A stretch of 64,000 nucleotides of DNA from Candidatus Cloacimonadota bacterium (lineage in GTDB: Bacteria; Cloacimonadota; Cloacimonadia; G963667145). The translations under genes and the position numbers were made by a program. Within the stretch, counting starts at the first letter, position 1. Each line of letters opens with the position of its first letter. Below are positions 12,001 through 18,667 of the stretch, one piece after another. The notes under the pieces were generated by a model. That model was not told the origin of the DNA, made no database searches, and saw only the letters and a program-made list of their open reading frames with translations. The stretch covers positions 544,001 through 608,000 of the forward strand of contig OY762940.1 of the NCBI GenBank assembly GCA_963667255.1, written 5' to 3'.

Positions 12001-14840
12001 GTTATGTTGGAAGGGTAGTTGGTAAGAACGAGAATGTCATTTCTTCAAACTATGCCTATAGGGGTACTATCATCAATGGGGCTGTAATTACCGCCGCACT
12101 AACAGGTGAAAGCACTATTCACGGTAAGTCTGTTTCTATTTTGTCATTTAGTTCCAGTTTCTATGACGGGAAATTGGCTATGGATATGATTAGCACATTT
12201 ACTTGGCCTGCACCTTCAGTGCCTAACGATGTTTTTGTCCCAGCAGGCAAATTTGTACCTATTAGTATTGACTCAGGATACATTGATTGGGGTATCCCAA
12301 ATCCACGAACTTTTGCTGGTGGAGACGGTTCATACTCTAATCCTTACAGTATCAAGACGGTGATAGATTTGAACAATATGCGATATGGTCCAGATATGTA
12401 TTTCCGCTTGGATACGAACCTCGTGGATGCTTCTGCTTTCACTTCGCCTATAGGTACGGCTGATATCCCGTTCGAAGGTTGCTTCTACGGCAATAATCAT
12501 TACATTTCTAAACTCAAAATAACAGTTGGCAGCACCGGTGTAAGCGGTATTTTTGGAATATTAAAAGCCACGGAAAGCGGTAGATTTATCCAAAACTTCG
12601 CCATTATGAATTCCACAATTAACGGCGACAAGAATTGTGTGGGAGCTTTTGCCGGAGTGGATGCCAGCCCCTCAGGTAGACCCTATACATTCAAGAATCT
12701 TCTTTCTTACAACAATAGGATTACCACTACGGGCGACTCTGTGGGTGGCATAGTGGGTAGTGCTCCTTATGCGACCATGACCAATTGTTTGGTAGTGAAC
12801 GGATATTTGGAGGCAAAAAATCACTTGGGTGGTCTGTCCTCTAAGGTGAAAGATTTGGTTAATTGCGGTGTGATAGTAGATACCATGAAAATAACTAATG
12901 CCAACGGGACTATCAACCGATTGGGAAATGTAACTGAAGGTTCGACTGTTGGCGTAGGTTGGTATTTTGGCAAAGTGTTAAAAGCTACTACAGCATTGTC
13001 GCCTGCTGATAGTCCAAATAATAATAACACTGCAACAGGCAACAACGCTACTGCTGGGAATTTTGTAGATTCCACTTATTGGAAGGACAGAGGGTTTACC
13101 CTTGCTAATGGATGGTTGCCTGCTCCAACGGGTAAATTCCAAGTAGCACCAACTCTGAAGAGCATGAACTATGACAGTATAGTGGTGGGCGGACTGTATC
13201 CTACCAGTGGAGACGGAACGATTGCCAGTCCATATAAGATTACCGATACGCTGGGATTGAATATGTTGCATTTCTTCGTCAGTGGAGGACCTCTTGCAGG
13301 GAAGTATGTTGAGGTTGAGATGCCTACTTGTTCTGCTGGCAATAATGTGATAGATTTGGGCAACTCCAGTAGCAATTGGGAACTCGACTTGAACGGAACT
13401 GAAGATGGTAACTGGAGACCGATAGCCGATTTCAGCGGAAACTTGAATTTCAAAAATGGTGGTGTTGACCATTTGAAAATTCAACAAAGCTTTAACAGCA
13501 ATCAAGGATTTTTCGCTTCTGTTACCAGTGGTTATGTGAAAGGTATGGGAATTTACAATTCGAGATTGTCCGGTTGCACCGGAAATGTAGGATGCTTGAT
13601 AGGTGAGCTTAGCGGTGGCTCTGTAGAGGCTGTTGTCGGTAGGCAAAATACCATCGTCAACGGTGCTACTGTGGGTGGATTGGTAGGTAAAATTTCTGGT
13701 GGCTCTATCAAACAAGGAATATTTGTTTGGAGTAGTCTCAACTCAGGAACGATTGTTGGTGGAGCACTTGGTAGCTTTGTAAGCGGTGATATTTCCCGCA
13801 TAGCTGCCATGGGTAATAAGATATCCTCCGAAAACTCTGTTTTTGTTAATACGATATTGGGTTCTGGAGCGAAAAATATAAATACCGACACGCTTATATG
13901 TGACAGCACACTAACGATTATCGGTTCGGGCAATGGGGCTTTCCCGAGTGCTGAAGACGGGAAATTGTATACCATGGTTAACCACATAGGCGACAATAGC
14001 TTGTGGACGAGCAATGGCTTTGACTCTATTACCTATTTCAGAAATTTGAATGAAACCAGAATTATCTTCACTCTAAAAAATGTTCCTCTGGCTGTAGATG
14101 ACGGTATTATGCCTACCTTGAGAGGAGATGGGACTTACGCTGTTCCATACCAAGTCTTTAATCCGGCTTCCTTGAAACAGGTAGGTTACGAGAAATATGT
14201 CCAAGGACCATACTATTTTGTTCAGACTGCCAATATTGATATGAGCGATGTTCCGGACTTCTGGCCTATAGGTTTGAAAGATAATAACAATATTTATAAC
14301 AAAACTTGTGACGGTTTTAAAGGCGTTTATAATGGTCGCGGATACAGAATCTCCGGATTGCATGTTGCTGACACTACCAAGGATTATGCAGGATTATTTG
14401 CCAAATCTGTTGGTTTCACCGATACTATTAAAAATGTTGTTTTGGATAGTGCCAGTATCGTGGGAACTAAATGGGTCGGTGCTCTTGTTGGCTATAACGA
14501 TAGTGCTGTTATACAAGATTGTAGAGTGTTCAAATCTACTGTTAGACAATCTATTGCAAGCATTGTAGCTGGAGGAGTGGGCGGTATTGCAGGATACTCC
14601 AGCAAGACAGTAACCAGATGCTTGTCCGTGAACAACTATATGGCGAGTGGTAATAAAACAAATGATACCAAGATGGGCGGTATCGTGGGTCAAGGTGAGA
14701 GTTTGACAGTTAGCTATAACGCTGTTGTGGGAGCACTGTTCATCAATGAGAAGAGTAGCTTCGTAGGTAGGATATTGGGAGGTGGTAGTTCTATTATTTA
14801 CACCAAGAACTACAGTTGGGAAGGTGTGATGGTCAGATAG
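6..14840 (+). CDS. Giant extracellular/surface protein (at least 4944 aa, probably 5'-partial): tandem Fn3-like beta-sandwich domains in the N-terminal half, GLUG-type/GGLVG repeat modules in the C-terminal half
   Basis: Uninterrupted ORF, frame open to the window start. Recurrent 'I.I.W....GY.LYR' and 'G..Y.Y(R/K)V' Fn3-like motifs up to ~6950. After that, many GG(L/I)VG repeats and 'G.G....PY.I.T...L ... F.G.F.GNG..I' modules. Confidence 0.9.
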   Translation: MNQVSTGFERDYYSFTTLRKPATPTWSSSDLSLTQIKLRVFKGNNDATLIDSVVLYRLDSKGNKDTMVYAFSTTMEPNSLIDTLKLTQALFYSYKAAFYNNKTGISRICDSIDSVYVKLQAPVFDSISKGTNRDTIYIRWKTVSAASKGYRLYRNENYPEGSFSLLKSFGIKTDTFYKDSSVYEQCKNIYYRLLAVGEDTTSLLSDCTPDYGSRAFRGVKNLVSKNVPQLSKVQLEFSVPSTISLSNPEPAEKFDKGVQLMRYDTISDTAKTNSIYSPRVTVINNGSGSYSLEDDSLLIGQLYFYRVLVKSTVSASVSELSNIAEGYILPPPITGVSATIGAKIDTIVLSWTRISPATLRRDTVDAQIIYRSNDGFVSNKDSLTIGGKDSIFADCGTKMGNLLKPGHDYSYKIKAVVKINEPDTGGRIFETTLYSAYSNVASGWAQMGALANNQVTVVKTDTSKINRRYPPATIADSVVQINFTNLPTYATYLNIYRKTMGTTQFIFADTVKFSGTSVTYCDTVTGSRNRGDVLLYRIKLGANHEAEKYFDTASYTNLQQAVSITTLSYDTSMVKLMVTLAYNSYANTDSLLMSRYSMSDVLQDSFLTAVGGRMVTVVDTGGTPGTLYKYKAALFNSATGYSPYSSVVDTIGKVILPPRFDTITKGVYEDSISIVWHKNKYASKGYILYRDTSGLTGSVDALYDSIYTITSISDTVYADKKTYPASKHIYYKVVSVGTDTKSSKSAKDYGYLKYKGIKDLVVKGWSNSLFTDSLQINWTMPTALPIDSIFVSRLTDVDSSANLDTLTAHRLANSLIAPRISIVTNGDYTNYKYLNSSASSELLLGQLYFYRIRIKITGITEASTPSNLGIGYLNLPKVSNVYATTGEGDSIVISWTKLPRVKTDKVDSYRVYRSDGQKISVSGDIGEVTDYSFGTSLYGTLLSKGASYKYAVVAEMKIDQDTLPGTSPGKFVKVLLSPISDSALGYTFPDSAHIDTVSKGTVQDFIAIGYRTPKNADTVALYRKLTSDVGWPSTALSGLPGNVSTTAYYNDSAIVTGAMYQYKILVRKGAVDKYTRIDSGYSFLSAPDSILIANNGENSKLIMLKIFSPNVQSYQDSILIHRASLSLSDTDSVSYRVPSPLIGNMYIVNDTHNIHQGVFYKYKVRFKNELGSSPYTAAKNTKAYAKLDVPSLKSVSVREYPDTIKLVWSKVSHASRGYVIWADSTLNTDGTIASAYKIIDSTTSVNDTIYKDTTNYLPEQTIYYKVQSFGPDTTSALSSAERGSLKYKGLDSLNIDINNPKVDTIYFSWALPTTIVNPQFTFYKYDSVTKIDSLTDVYKMSNISAYKVAGVDTLYYAMETPASDVLTIGNLYFYRCVVSIGGLASNASKAKYGFLAMPEVKGFSASAGGARTPEFVIYQDSIVISWKKVSYFKSGESPEYILNKYDTSGAKIGSITIRDTMYVDSVGGRGFGTAIERGQSYKYSVKAKFTISEAIIGGTATHTILSKDSTIVTGYTFPDSAHIISVSKGTITDTIKVEFTTPKYADSIVLYRTNSGNITKRLDTLRINAISTTNYIDSSSDLIASSNYVYQIRVYKNGLINLSNLDTGYIKLAAPDSVWCERSDQYASGYKDTSEIVIKWNYEKNAHGYWVYLAKSSLKTNFAPIDSTQLPSVYDTMLKYQPKDFLNRADSINDYYFVVKSYVRNQDGNIRYSDISMEDSGAVVSQSVVGISAKYDSGKDSIVVKWTGLRANYNRSEVDSFVVYQAANTKQSTGFTRVASTKDTIISIDSNRTSAGNFYYYKVKVYYNNDKRVSVYSPVTSENDVYLPLGKANLRVSRNKKQLTVIFDTIANVTAYKLYRYIDTLPSTYSPVKTWTNTSATSAASGDSVTWIDASVLQGKIYYYGMVVGKTVVVDGETLTCSSNFGFSVAQRKCGYIRSYFSLVDFDFVSGGLKLFWSRGINFADGVIPEYYDLTRGVSPAIGSFVNISDKVTKKVSTSDAKDTIFTIKDSGTGLFTTAKEIGKRYRYLLRARITSKLQDTMYVVSDSMDMLYDYHWANDSATTNSKYSASKGNYRDRILFRFTQFKPCRDTADYDTLGITPDTLSYYVVARYKENALGCYIMEDKDTVHVSDMAVISSYGGLDEYYIDDNGEDSIFTTALADAVQYTYSVQGFIDYGGGTVFSSKVIKDSSICNGHLKMPSLTLTDIGYILVDSVRYGIKIKWDKPSTASCSYIVGRDTVPTFAEQSDNYVPAAMDTILASGNLILNDTMFLDSNTTASPLGKTSLGYTYYYRVKRGVESSSKDTIYTSWSNVVYKTYGMVNNVYNITTASEFNDVATQINSGKLNKSISVELAKDITFAGVDTLVPMGNSAHPFMGEFNGKGHTVHVSVMNLSDTRLGLFGGVSSATITNLKIVYDSAVTTTSKYFGGLVAELVGAATIKGVDVTFKDTITGADYVGGLIGGGSGAATLRNDSVYLSGNITGGLYVGGFAGELVGYSTVDSCQVSASSSSIVSTNAVGGGFVGYFRGTMTNSQMDLAGQVKVRTGASGTQVRLGGLVGEDLGKSSYKNVTIKNRPTVDAGVSTVSQAIVGGLVGYSRAESISDISMGSVKSVRGIASGAVYAGGVVGMFDYASGYMEKFNLQGCDSIVGRSTSGDVCVGLIAGRTEEISSTVSIGSASDTIRVSLASGKYLSASSTSGKLYLGGAVGYSEDLVLKNTKIDSIQFNANGLYGCVGGAVGYESTNGSKYTSVIVGSNVALNSGLSSVKELYAGGLVGVANSSTTSGTKVAAKFDFTNSAFASNKVYLGGVYGHASSSDIDLTGIEKLSLDSFAFKVGNNSVVGGYAGILDVKTFTLDTTTISKIKFSSTSVNTAGDSSSVGGIAGSCVASGVLNINYGGSVNLFVAGGKLSNVGGLFGKMSVPVGATLIDTSAGGITLSAGTSGAGVGSWYGGLVGHTYGGTLKGLRVRATIDSAKIVGGLVGKLSGSAILKTSYADSLVTINGGTFVGGLVGEVVENDNATGISECYVYGIKTSGDLGEVGLLVGKLTKGYISSSYAILNKIDRTGTGNNALFVGKMADGKVLNSYAIHNGVKVSGASAYSDITKRFGTYTAGDTSGAITAENRILMSQEITGSVNYELRNLYSYPVLVNNVREIDTSVLSNSLRMTRDNNGKYVVTKPIQLDAIGDVRLVGQDYNKVNSTYFPAGLRLVDSFILGNNLDFTGYIGYSPIGYANYNKAFTGSLFGDGKTIKGLDVSYSNLGVISTVSYRGLVGHFAGGVIEKLRISKAVSVATGGDYCAVVCGKLESGVIDQVQVDSANINIGSGKNISLVCGEITGGTIQNVNTIRNHILGLRAVGSLIGKMSGGTISKSISTADSVVSEVGNVGGIVAEQTGGKVTKIYSAARILGGTNIYKVSSLGGGSVDSAYSLGETNLIKDNDTSWAIGLGITTYNGKNLFLNVTKASDLITNLNLGSSEWTTATAVRTVPALSIFNSSVTTINEGEILSALGVPEKTMEIPTPTALSFVSSYSTLSSVDSFVVTKNLVFTSSDDFYEGEGNLEPIASLNGKVFSGKGHTIKNLKIVTNGTKSGLISELTGGAIIENLGLINCEVTANSAGATVGMLVGNVSTGIVRDIYMADCRVIATGAGSSVGGVIGKSNVSGDDCDRIIALNTSLRGNTTSSYVGGIVGSATGKFNYMFAFNDTLIGKTMGRISGSGGTIADAYAWALDTVGRGSTIGLATIHGKTTDFPSILNKDIYNNFVSQPAWTWTEDKDNWQCAPLLAYMDSTDASPEVLRFFGGYGSKDMPFQIKTLPQLNLVRAFAQSGKYFKMRGNINCDNINFDGDDSNGNWKPIGGKDGYFLGHFNGNGYSVYNMKIKNVSPAGLFASLGTTGKTDVDVKYLSIYDAEITHTGTLVAGNLSAYNYGIVNNVLGKDGKISSSDGTYIGGILGQNIGKISSCASAANKLTGKTVGGVVGHNKGNLLLCGSVNDSITASTGYVGRVVGKNENVISSNYAYRGTIINGAVITAALTGESTIHGKSVSILSFSSSFYDGKLAMDMISTFTWPAPSVPNDVFVPAGKFVPISIDSGYIDWGIPNPRTFAGGDGSYSNPYSIKTVIDLNNMRYGPDMYFRLDTNLVDASAFTSPIGTADIPFEGCFYGNNHYISKLKITVGSTGVSGIFGILKATESGRFIQNFAIMNSTINGDKNCVGAFAGVDASPSGRPYTFKNLLSYNNRITTTGDSVGGIVGSAPYATMTNCLVVNGYLEAKNHLGGLSSKVKDLVNCGVIVDTMKITNANGTINRLGNVTEGSTVGVGWYFGKVLKATTALSPADSPNNNNTATGNNATAGNFVDSTYWKDRGFTLANGWLPAPTGKFQVAPTLKSMNYDSIVVGGLYPTSGDGTIASPYKITDTLGLNMLHFFVSGGPLAGKYVEVEMPTCSAGNNVIDLGNSSSNWELDLNGTEDGNWRPIADFSGNLNFKNGGVDHLKIQQSFNSNQGFFASVTSGYVKGMGIYNSRLSGCTGNVGCLIGELSGGSVEAVVGRQNTIVNGATVGGLVGKISGGSIKQGIFVWSSLNSGTIVGGALGSFVSGDISRIAAMGNKISSENSVFVNTILGSGAKNINTDTLICDSTLTIIGSGNGAFPSAEDGKLYTMVNHIGDNSLWTSNGFDSITYFRNLNETRIIFTLKNVPLAVDDGIMPTLRGDGTYAVPYQVFNPASLKQVGYEKYVQGPYYFVQTANIDMSDVPDFWPIGLKDNNNIYNKTCDGFKGVYNGRGYRISGLHVADTTKDYAGLFAKSVGFTDTIKNVVLDSASIVGTKWVGALVGYNDSAVIQDCRVFKSTVRQSIASIVAGGVGGIAGYSSKTVTRCLSVNNYMASGNKTNDTKMGGIVGQGESLTVSYNAVVGALFINEKSSFVGRILGGGSSIIYTKNYSWEGVMVR
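360..5200 (+). repeat. Protein-level super-repeat, about 3 copies of ~535 aa (~1.6 kb)
   Basis: Equivalent blocks LQAPVFDSISKG (~360), ILPPRFDTITKG (~1968), LDVPSLKSVSVR (~3564); G(Q/N)LYFYR at ~909, ~2544, ~4116; GYTFPDSAHI occurs twice. Confidence 0.75.
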
Positions 14841-14873
14841 TCTTTGACAAGAGAAAATTTATAATAAGAAAAT

Positions 14874-14902
14874 AGGGAACAACAATTTACTTGCTGTTCC
14901 CT
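14874..14902. terminator. Intrinsic terminator, likely bidirectional
   Basis: AGGGAACAACAA-TTTAC-TTGCTGTTCCCT hairpin with A/T-rich flanks between convergent genes. Confidence 0.75.
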
Positions 14903-14966
14903 TTATTTATGCTGAAAATAGTTATCCAATCAGTTGGTTAGGATAGTCGTGAGAAGCCCAAACAGA

Positions 14967-15779
14967 TTATATTTCGGGCAAAAAAACTTTGCTGACCTTG
15001 GTGCAGTGATAGTCTCCGAAATTCTTGTTTTTGGTCGGCCAATGGAAGTCGCTACCGCCTGTCACGAACAAGTCGTGTTCTCGGGCAATCTCCAGATAGT
15101 TGCTTACCTGATTTTTGCTGTGAGAGGTGTAGTAAGCCTCCAGTCCCTCTATGCCCATATCTATCAAGTCGTAAATATTCCGTTCGTGATTTAGACGAAA
15201 CGGATGAGCCAACACGGAAATTCCGCCTGATGCTTTGATAGCTTTTATCACTTTTTGCGGAGAGAGTGCTCTTTTGGGAGTGAAGGTCGGCGACTCTTCC
15301 ACCAGATATTTATTGAAAGCCTCCGCATAGGAGTTGGCGTAACTGGCTTTGACCAAGGCGTTTGCCAAATGTGGTCTGCCGAGAATGTGCGTTTTCTCCG
15401 TTTTGATGTCGTCCAGAGTGAGGAAAACATCGTATTCGGCGAGTTTCTCTATGAACCGTGATATTCTGTCTTCCCTCTCTTGCAGATTATACTCTATCAC
15501 ATCCAAAAGGGCTTTGTGCGTCGGGTCAAAATTGTAAGCCAAAATGTGAACATCAAGCCCTTCGTGAAAACAGCTGATTTCTATCCCCGGGATGAGCTTG
15601 CATCTGTAATCGGAGGCAATCTCTTTTCCATGCAGATAGCCGTCAATATTGTCGTGATCGGCAAAAGCGATGACATCGAGCTTTTTGCTGTCCGCCATAT
15701 GCAAAATCTCCTCCGGCGAGTAAATCCCATCGGAGAAGTTGGTGTGAATATGTAAATCTACCTTTAGAGGTTGTAACAT
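14967..15779 (-). CDS. PHP-domain metal-dependent phosphoesterase (TrpH/YciV-like)
   Basis: DLHIHTNFSDG, DHD, GIEIS, GRPH, LAHP and TGGSDFH motifs. ATG at 15779 overlaps the dapA stop (TGATG). Confidence 0.9.
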   Translation of the reverse strand: MLQPLKVDLHIHTNFSDGIYSPEEILHMADSKKLDVIAFADHDNIDGYLHGKEIASDYRCKLIPGIEISCFHEGLDVHILAYNFDPTHKALLDVIEYNLQEREDRISRFIEKLAEYDVFLTLDDIKTEKTHILGRPHLANALVKASYANSYAEAFNKYLVEESPTFTPKRALSPQKVIKAIKASGGISVLAHPFRLNHERNIYDLIDMGIEGLEAYYTSHSKNQVSNYLEIAREHDLFVTGGSDFHWPTKNKNFGDYHCTKVSKVFLPEI

Positions 15780-16663
15780 CAAATTAGCTTGTATCTTTTT
15801 AGAACTTGTTTCAAATTGTTGCTTTGCTCGTCGGACAGCGGCCACATCGGTAAACGATACTCCCTCTTTATCATGCCCATTTGCCACAGAGCGTCTTTCA
15901 CAGGGATAGGATTTGTTACCATAAACATAGCCGAGTTGAGGTCGGACAGATATTGGTTAGCTTTCACAGCGTCTTGTTGATGCCCCTCTTGCCAGTTTCG
16001 CACCATATCACTGATAGCTTTCGGTGCGATATTGGATGTAACGGAAATCACGCCTGTGCCAGATGCCGCCATGATGGGAATAGTAACATCGTCATCTCCA
16101 GAGAGCAAGATGAAATCGTCGGGAGCATCTTTCAGGATTTTGGTTACTTGCACCAAATTCCCCGTTGCCTCTTTGATGCCCACTATCCTATCGAAGTCGT
16201 TAGCCAATCTCGCAGTGGTAGCCGCTTCCATATTCATTCCCGTGCGCGACGGCACATTGTAGATGACTATAGGGATGTCGGTGTTTTCCACTACGGCTTT
16301 GAAAAATTGATACAAACCTTCCTGAGTTGTCCTGTTGTAATACGGAGTGATGACCAAAGCGAAATCCGCACCGAGTGCCTTGACCTTGTTGGTAGCTTTT
16401 ATCGATTTATCGACATTGTTGGTGCCAGAGCCGACCATCACGGGGACTCGTCCGTTGATTTTTTTTATTCCGAATTTGATAACCTCTTCTTTCTCCTCAT
16501 CAGTCATAGCCGGAGCTTCGCCAGTTGTGCCCAATATCAATAGTCCATTCACACCGTTATCGATTTGATAATCAATAAGATTTGCAAATGCGTCAAAATC
16601 AACACTCTTATCCTCATTAAATGGGGTAATAAGAGCAGTCCAAGTTCCTTGTAATCTTTCCAT
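15779..16663 (-). CDS. dapA: 4-hydroxy-tetrahydrodipicolinate synthase
   Basis: TALITPF, GTTGE, TPYYN, IYNVPSRTG, GIKEA, LSGDD and NPIPVK motifs. Confidence 0.96.
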   Translation of the reverse strand: MERLQGTWTALITPFNEDKSVDFDAFANLIDYQIDNGVNGLLILGTTGEAPAMTDEEKEEVIKFGIKKINGRVPVMVGSGTNNVDKSIKATNKVKALGADFALVITPYYNRTTQEGLYQFFKAVVENTDIPIVIYNVPSRTGMNMEAATTARLANDFDRIVGIKEATGNLVQVTKILKDAPDDFILLSGDDDVTIPIMAASGTGVISVTSNIAPKAISDMVRNWQEGHQQDAVKANQYLSDLNSAMFMVTNPIPVKDALWQMGMIKREYRLPMWPLSDEQSNNLKQVLKRYKLI

Positions 16664-16690
16664 TATATCTCCGTAAAATTATTGTAGCTA

Positions 16691-17875
16691 TTAATAATAG
16701 TCTCCATAGCCGCTGGAAGAGCTTTTTTGTTCGTTGTTTTCAGTCTGTTCAGCTTGCTCTTCTGTGCTTTCTTCGGCAGGAGTCTCAGTTATCTCTTCTT
16801 GATAAGTTTCCTCTTGTTTCTGTTCAGTCTCGCTTGAGCTTTCTCCATAAGGATTTTCGGTTGCTTCTGCTGCCTCAGCTTGAGGATTTTCGGTTGCTTC
16901 TGCTGCCTCAGCTTGAGGATTTTCGGTTGCTTCTGCTACCTCAGCTTGAGGAGTATAGGTTTGCTCCAATTCTGACTCAGCGGGAATTTCTTCGGTTACA
17001 TTTTCGTTATCTATCGGAGTTGTCTCTGCTTCCAAATCCTCAATCTCATCTTGATACTCATCAATATTTGTCTCATTAGCTATATCTGTCGCAACCGGTT
17101 TTTTCTTTTTTTTCTTTTTCTTCTTTCCTGTCAATTTGGACAGTTGACTGAGATTAGCCAGTTGGCTGAGTTCGGAGAGTTTGCTCAAATCTTTCAGTTG
17201 CAAGAGGTCATACATTTTGTGCATCTCCAAGACAGAGCTCAACTTTTGTAACTCTTGTAATTTTGTGAGTTCTTTCAGCCGAGAAAGCTCTTGCAACTGC
17301 GAAAGTTGTGCCAATTGTGCCAAGTCTTCCGGCAACTCCAACTCATCATCTTCGTCATCTTCCTCATCATCCTCTTCTTCAGCGGCGGCTTCGGCTCTCA
17401 GTCTTGCTTCGGCTTCTGCTTTCAGTTTCAACTCCAAAAGCTCTTTTTTCTTTCTATTTTTTTCTTCTTGTTCAAGTAGTTTAGTTACTTTTTGGTCATC
17501 AATGACAATATTTGTGTCAGGCTCTTCATAATCTTTTGCAGACGCTGTTTTTACAGAGAAAAAGTATGTTCCGTGTTGCGTATAAACGATGAGATTTGTG
17601 TCGTGTTTACCTCGTTTTGGCATCAAAATCAGATGGACTTTATTCACAATTTTGATATCAATAAGACTTTTCTTCTCATCATTATTAATCACGAAATCCA
17701 AAATCTCTTCAGGCAAAGTGATGTTGGTAGAGACATTGTTCTCTACAAATACAGTAGTATTTTTTTGTGTTTTTTTTGTAAAATCGTCCTTTCTTTCTAT
17801 AGTTTCTTCAGTAATTTCTTCTTCGATAGCTTCGGAGGAATTTTCTCCAAAAATGTTTTGAGCTTCATATTCCAT
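16691..17875 (-). CDS. Hypothetical protein with a VirB9/TrbG-like beta domain and low-complexity acidic, LxxL and poly-Lys regions
   Basis: AAGGAG RBS; lies in the ftsY-dapA gene run; 'STNITLPEEI...LILMPK...TNLIVYT..GTYFFSV' resembles the TrbG/VirB9 N-domain. Confidence 0.7.
   Translation of the reverse strand: MEYEAQNIFGENSSEAIEEEITEETIERKDDFTKKTQKNTTVFVENNVSTNITLPEEILDFVINNDEKKSLIDIKIVNKVHLILMPKRGKHDTNLIVYTQHGTYFFSVKTASAKDYEEPDTNIVIDDQKVTKLLEQEEKNRKKKELLELKLKAEAEARLRAEAAAEEEDDEEDDEDDELELPEDLAQLAQLSQLQELSRLKELTKLQELQKLSSVLEMHKMYDLLQLKDLSKLSELSQLANLSQLSKLTGKKKKKKKKKPVATDIANETNIDEYQDEIEDLEAETTPIDNENVTEEIPAESELEQTYTPQAEVAEATENPQAEAAEATENPQAEAAEATENPYGESSSETEQKQEETYQEEITETPAEESTEEQAEQTENNEQKSSSSGYGDYY
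16851..16952. repeat. 33-bp tandem repeat x3 (encodes PQAEAAEATEN)
   Basis: GGATTTTCGGTTGCTTCTGCT(G/A)CCTCAGCTTGA repeated three times with one substitution. Confidence 0.95.
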
Positions 17876-17893
17876 ATTGTCTCCTTCTTTTTT

Positions 17894-18667
17894 TTAATCT
17901 TTCCAAAAAAGCAGAAAGTCAAAAAAGCCTTTTTTTTCTCTCCATGGCACACCCCTTTTTTCCAACCAAAGTTGTGCTTCAGCACTTCCCAAACGGGCTG
18001 CTTGTTGGTAGTCTTCTATTGCTTTGTTTTCAAAATCTTTTTTTTCGGCAATTTGAGCATATATTAGGTAGCCGTCTGCAGAATAGGGGGATTTTTCCAT
18101 TAACCTGTCAATAACTTCGACAGCTTCATCGTATTTTCCTTGTTTATAATAAAATCTTGCAAGGAACAGAAAATTCATCTCAACGGGTGCATTTTGTAAT
18201 TCATTTTTGTAGCAATCGAGAGCGTAATCGATCTCTTTGTGGTATTCATGGATTCTGCCTAAATAGTAATTGGCATTGACTCTACCGGGGTCGTTGTTCA
18301 AAGTTTGGATAAAATAATTTTTTGAGTTCTTATAGTCACCAATGCAATAGTAGGTGAGTCCCAATCTATAATTGATGGTATTCGGCTCTATCCACTCCAC
18401 TTTTTTATAATTTTCTAAGGCTTCGCTATATCTTTTTATTTTGAAATAGCAATCTCCCATTCCTTGGTAACCGATAACATTTCTAGGGTCTTCCTCTACA
18501 ACCTTTGTGTAACAATAGATGGCGTCTATATACCTTTCATCTGCATAAAATTGTTCAGCTTTACCAATCTCTTCCAAGACATTGAACTGTTCACCCCACA
18601 ATCCGTGAAAAAGGCACGAAAAGAGCAAAACAATCGAAAGTCTAAACCAAGTTTTGGACATACTCAT
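17894..18667 (-). CDS. Secreted tetratricopeptide-repeat protein
   Basis: N-terminal signal-like segment and repeated TPR patterns (GDCYFKIKRYSEALENY, LGLTYY, LGRIH). Start is 18667 or 18661. Confidence 0.85.
   Translation of the reverse strand: MSMSKTWFRLSIVLLFSCLFHGLWGEQFNVLEEIGKAEQFYADERYIDAIYCYTKVVEEDPRNVIGYQGMGDCYFKIKRYSEALENYKKVEWIEPNTINYRLGLTYYCIGDYKNSKNYFIQTLNNDPGRVNANYYLGRIHEYHKEIDYALDCYKNELQNAPVEMNFLFLARFYYKQGKYDEAVEVIDRLMEKSPYSADGYLIYAQIAEKKDFENKAIEDYQQAARLGSAEAQLWLEKRGVPWREKKGFFDFLLFWKD

Noticed and set aside
14844..14865. TTGACA and TATAAT right after the giant gene
   Set aside because: Spacer is only 10 nt and the site points into a terminator.
15780..15887. N-terminal extension of the PHP ORF given by the ORF track
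   Set aside because: It overlaps the dapA 3' end; ATG at 15779 gives a normal PHP N-terminus with stop-start coupling.
16851..16952. CRISPR-sized 33-bp repeats
   Set aside because: Head-to-tail with no spacers, in frame within a CDS, and no cas genes.
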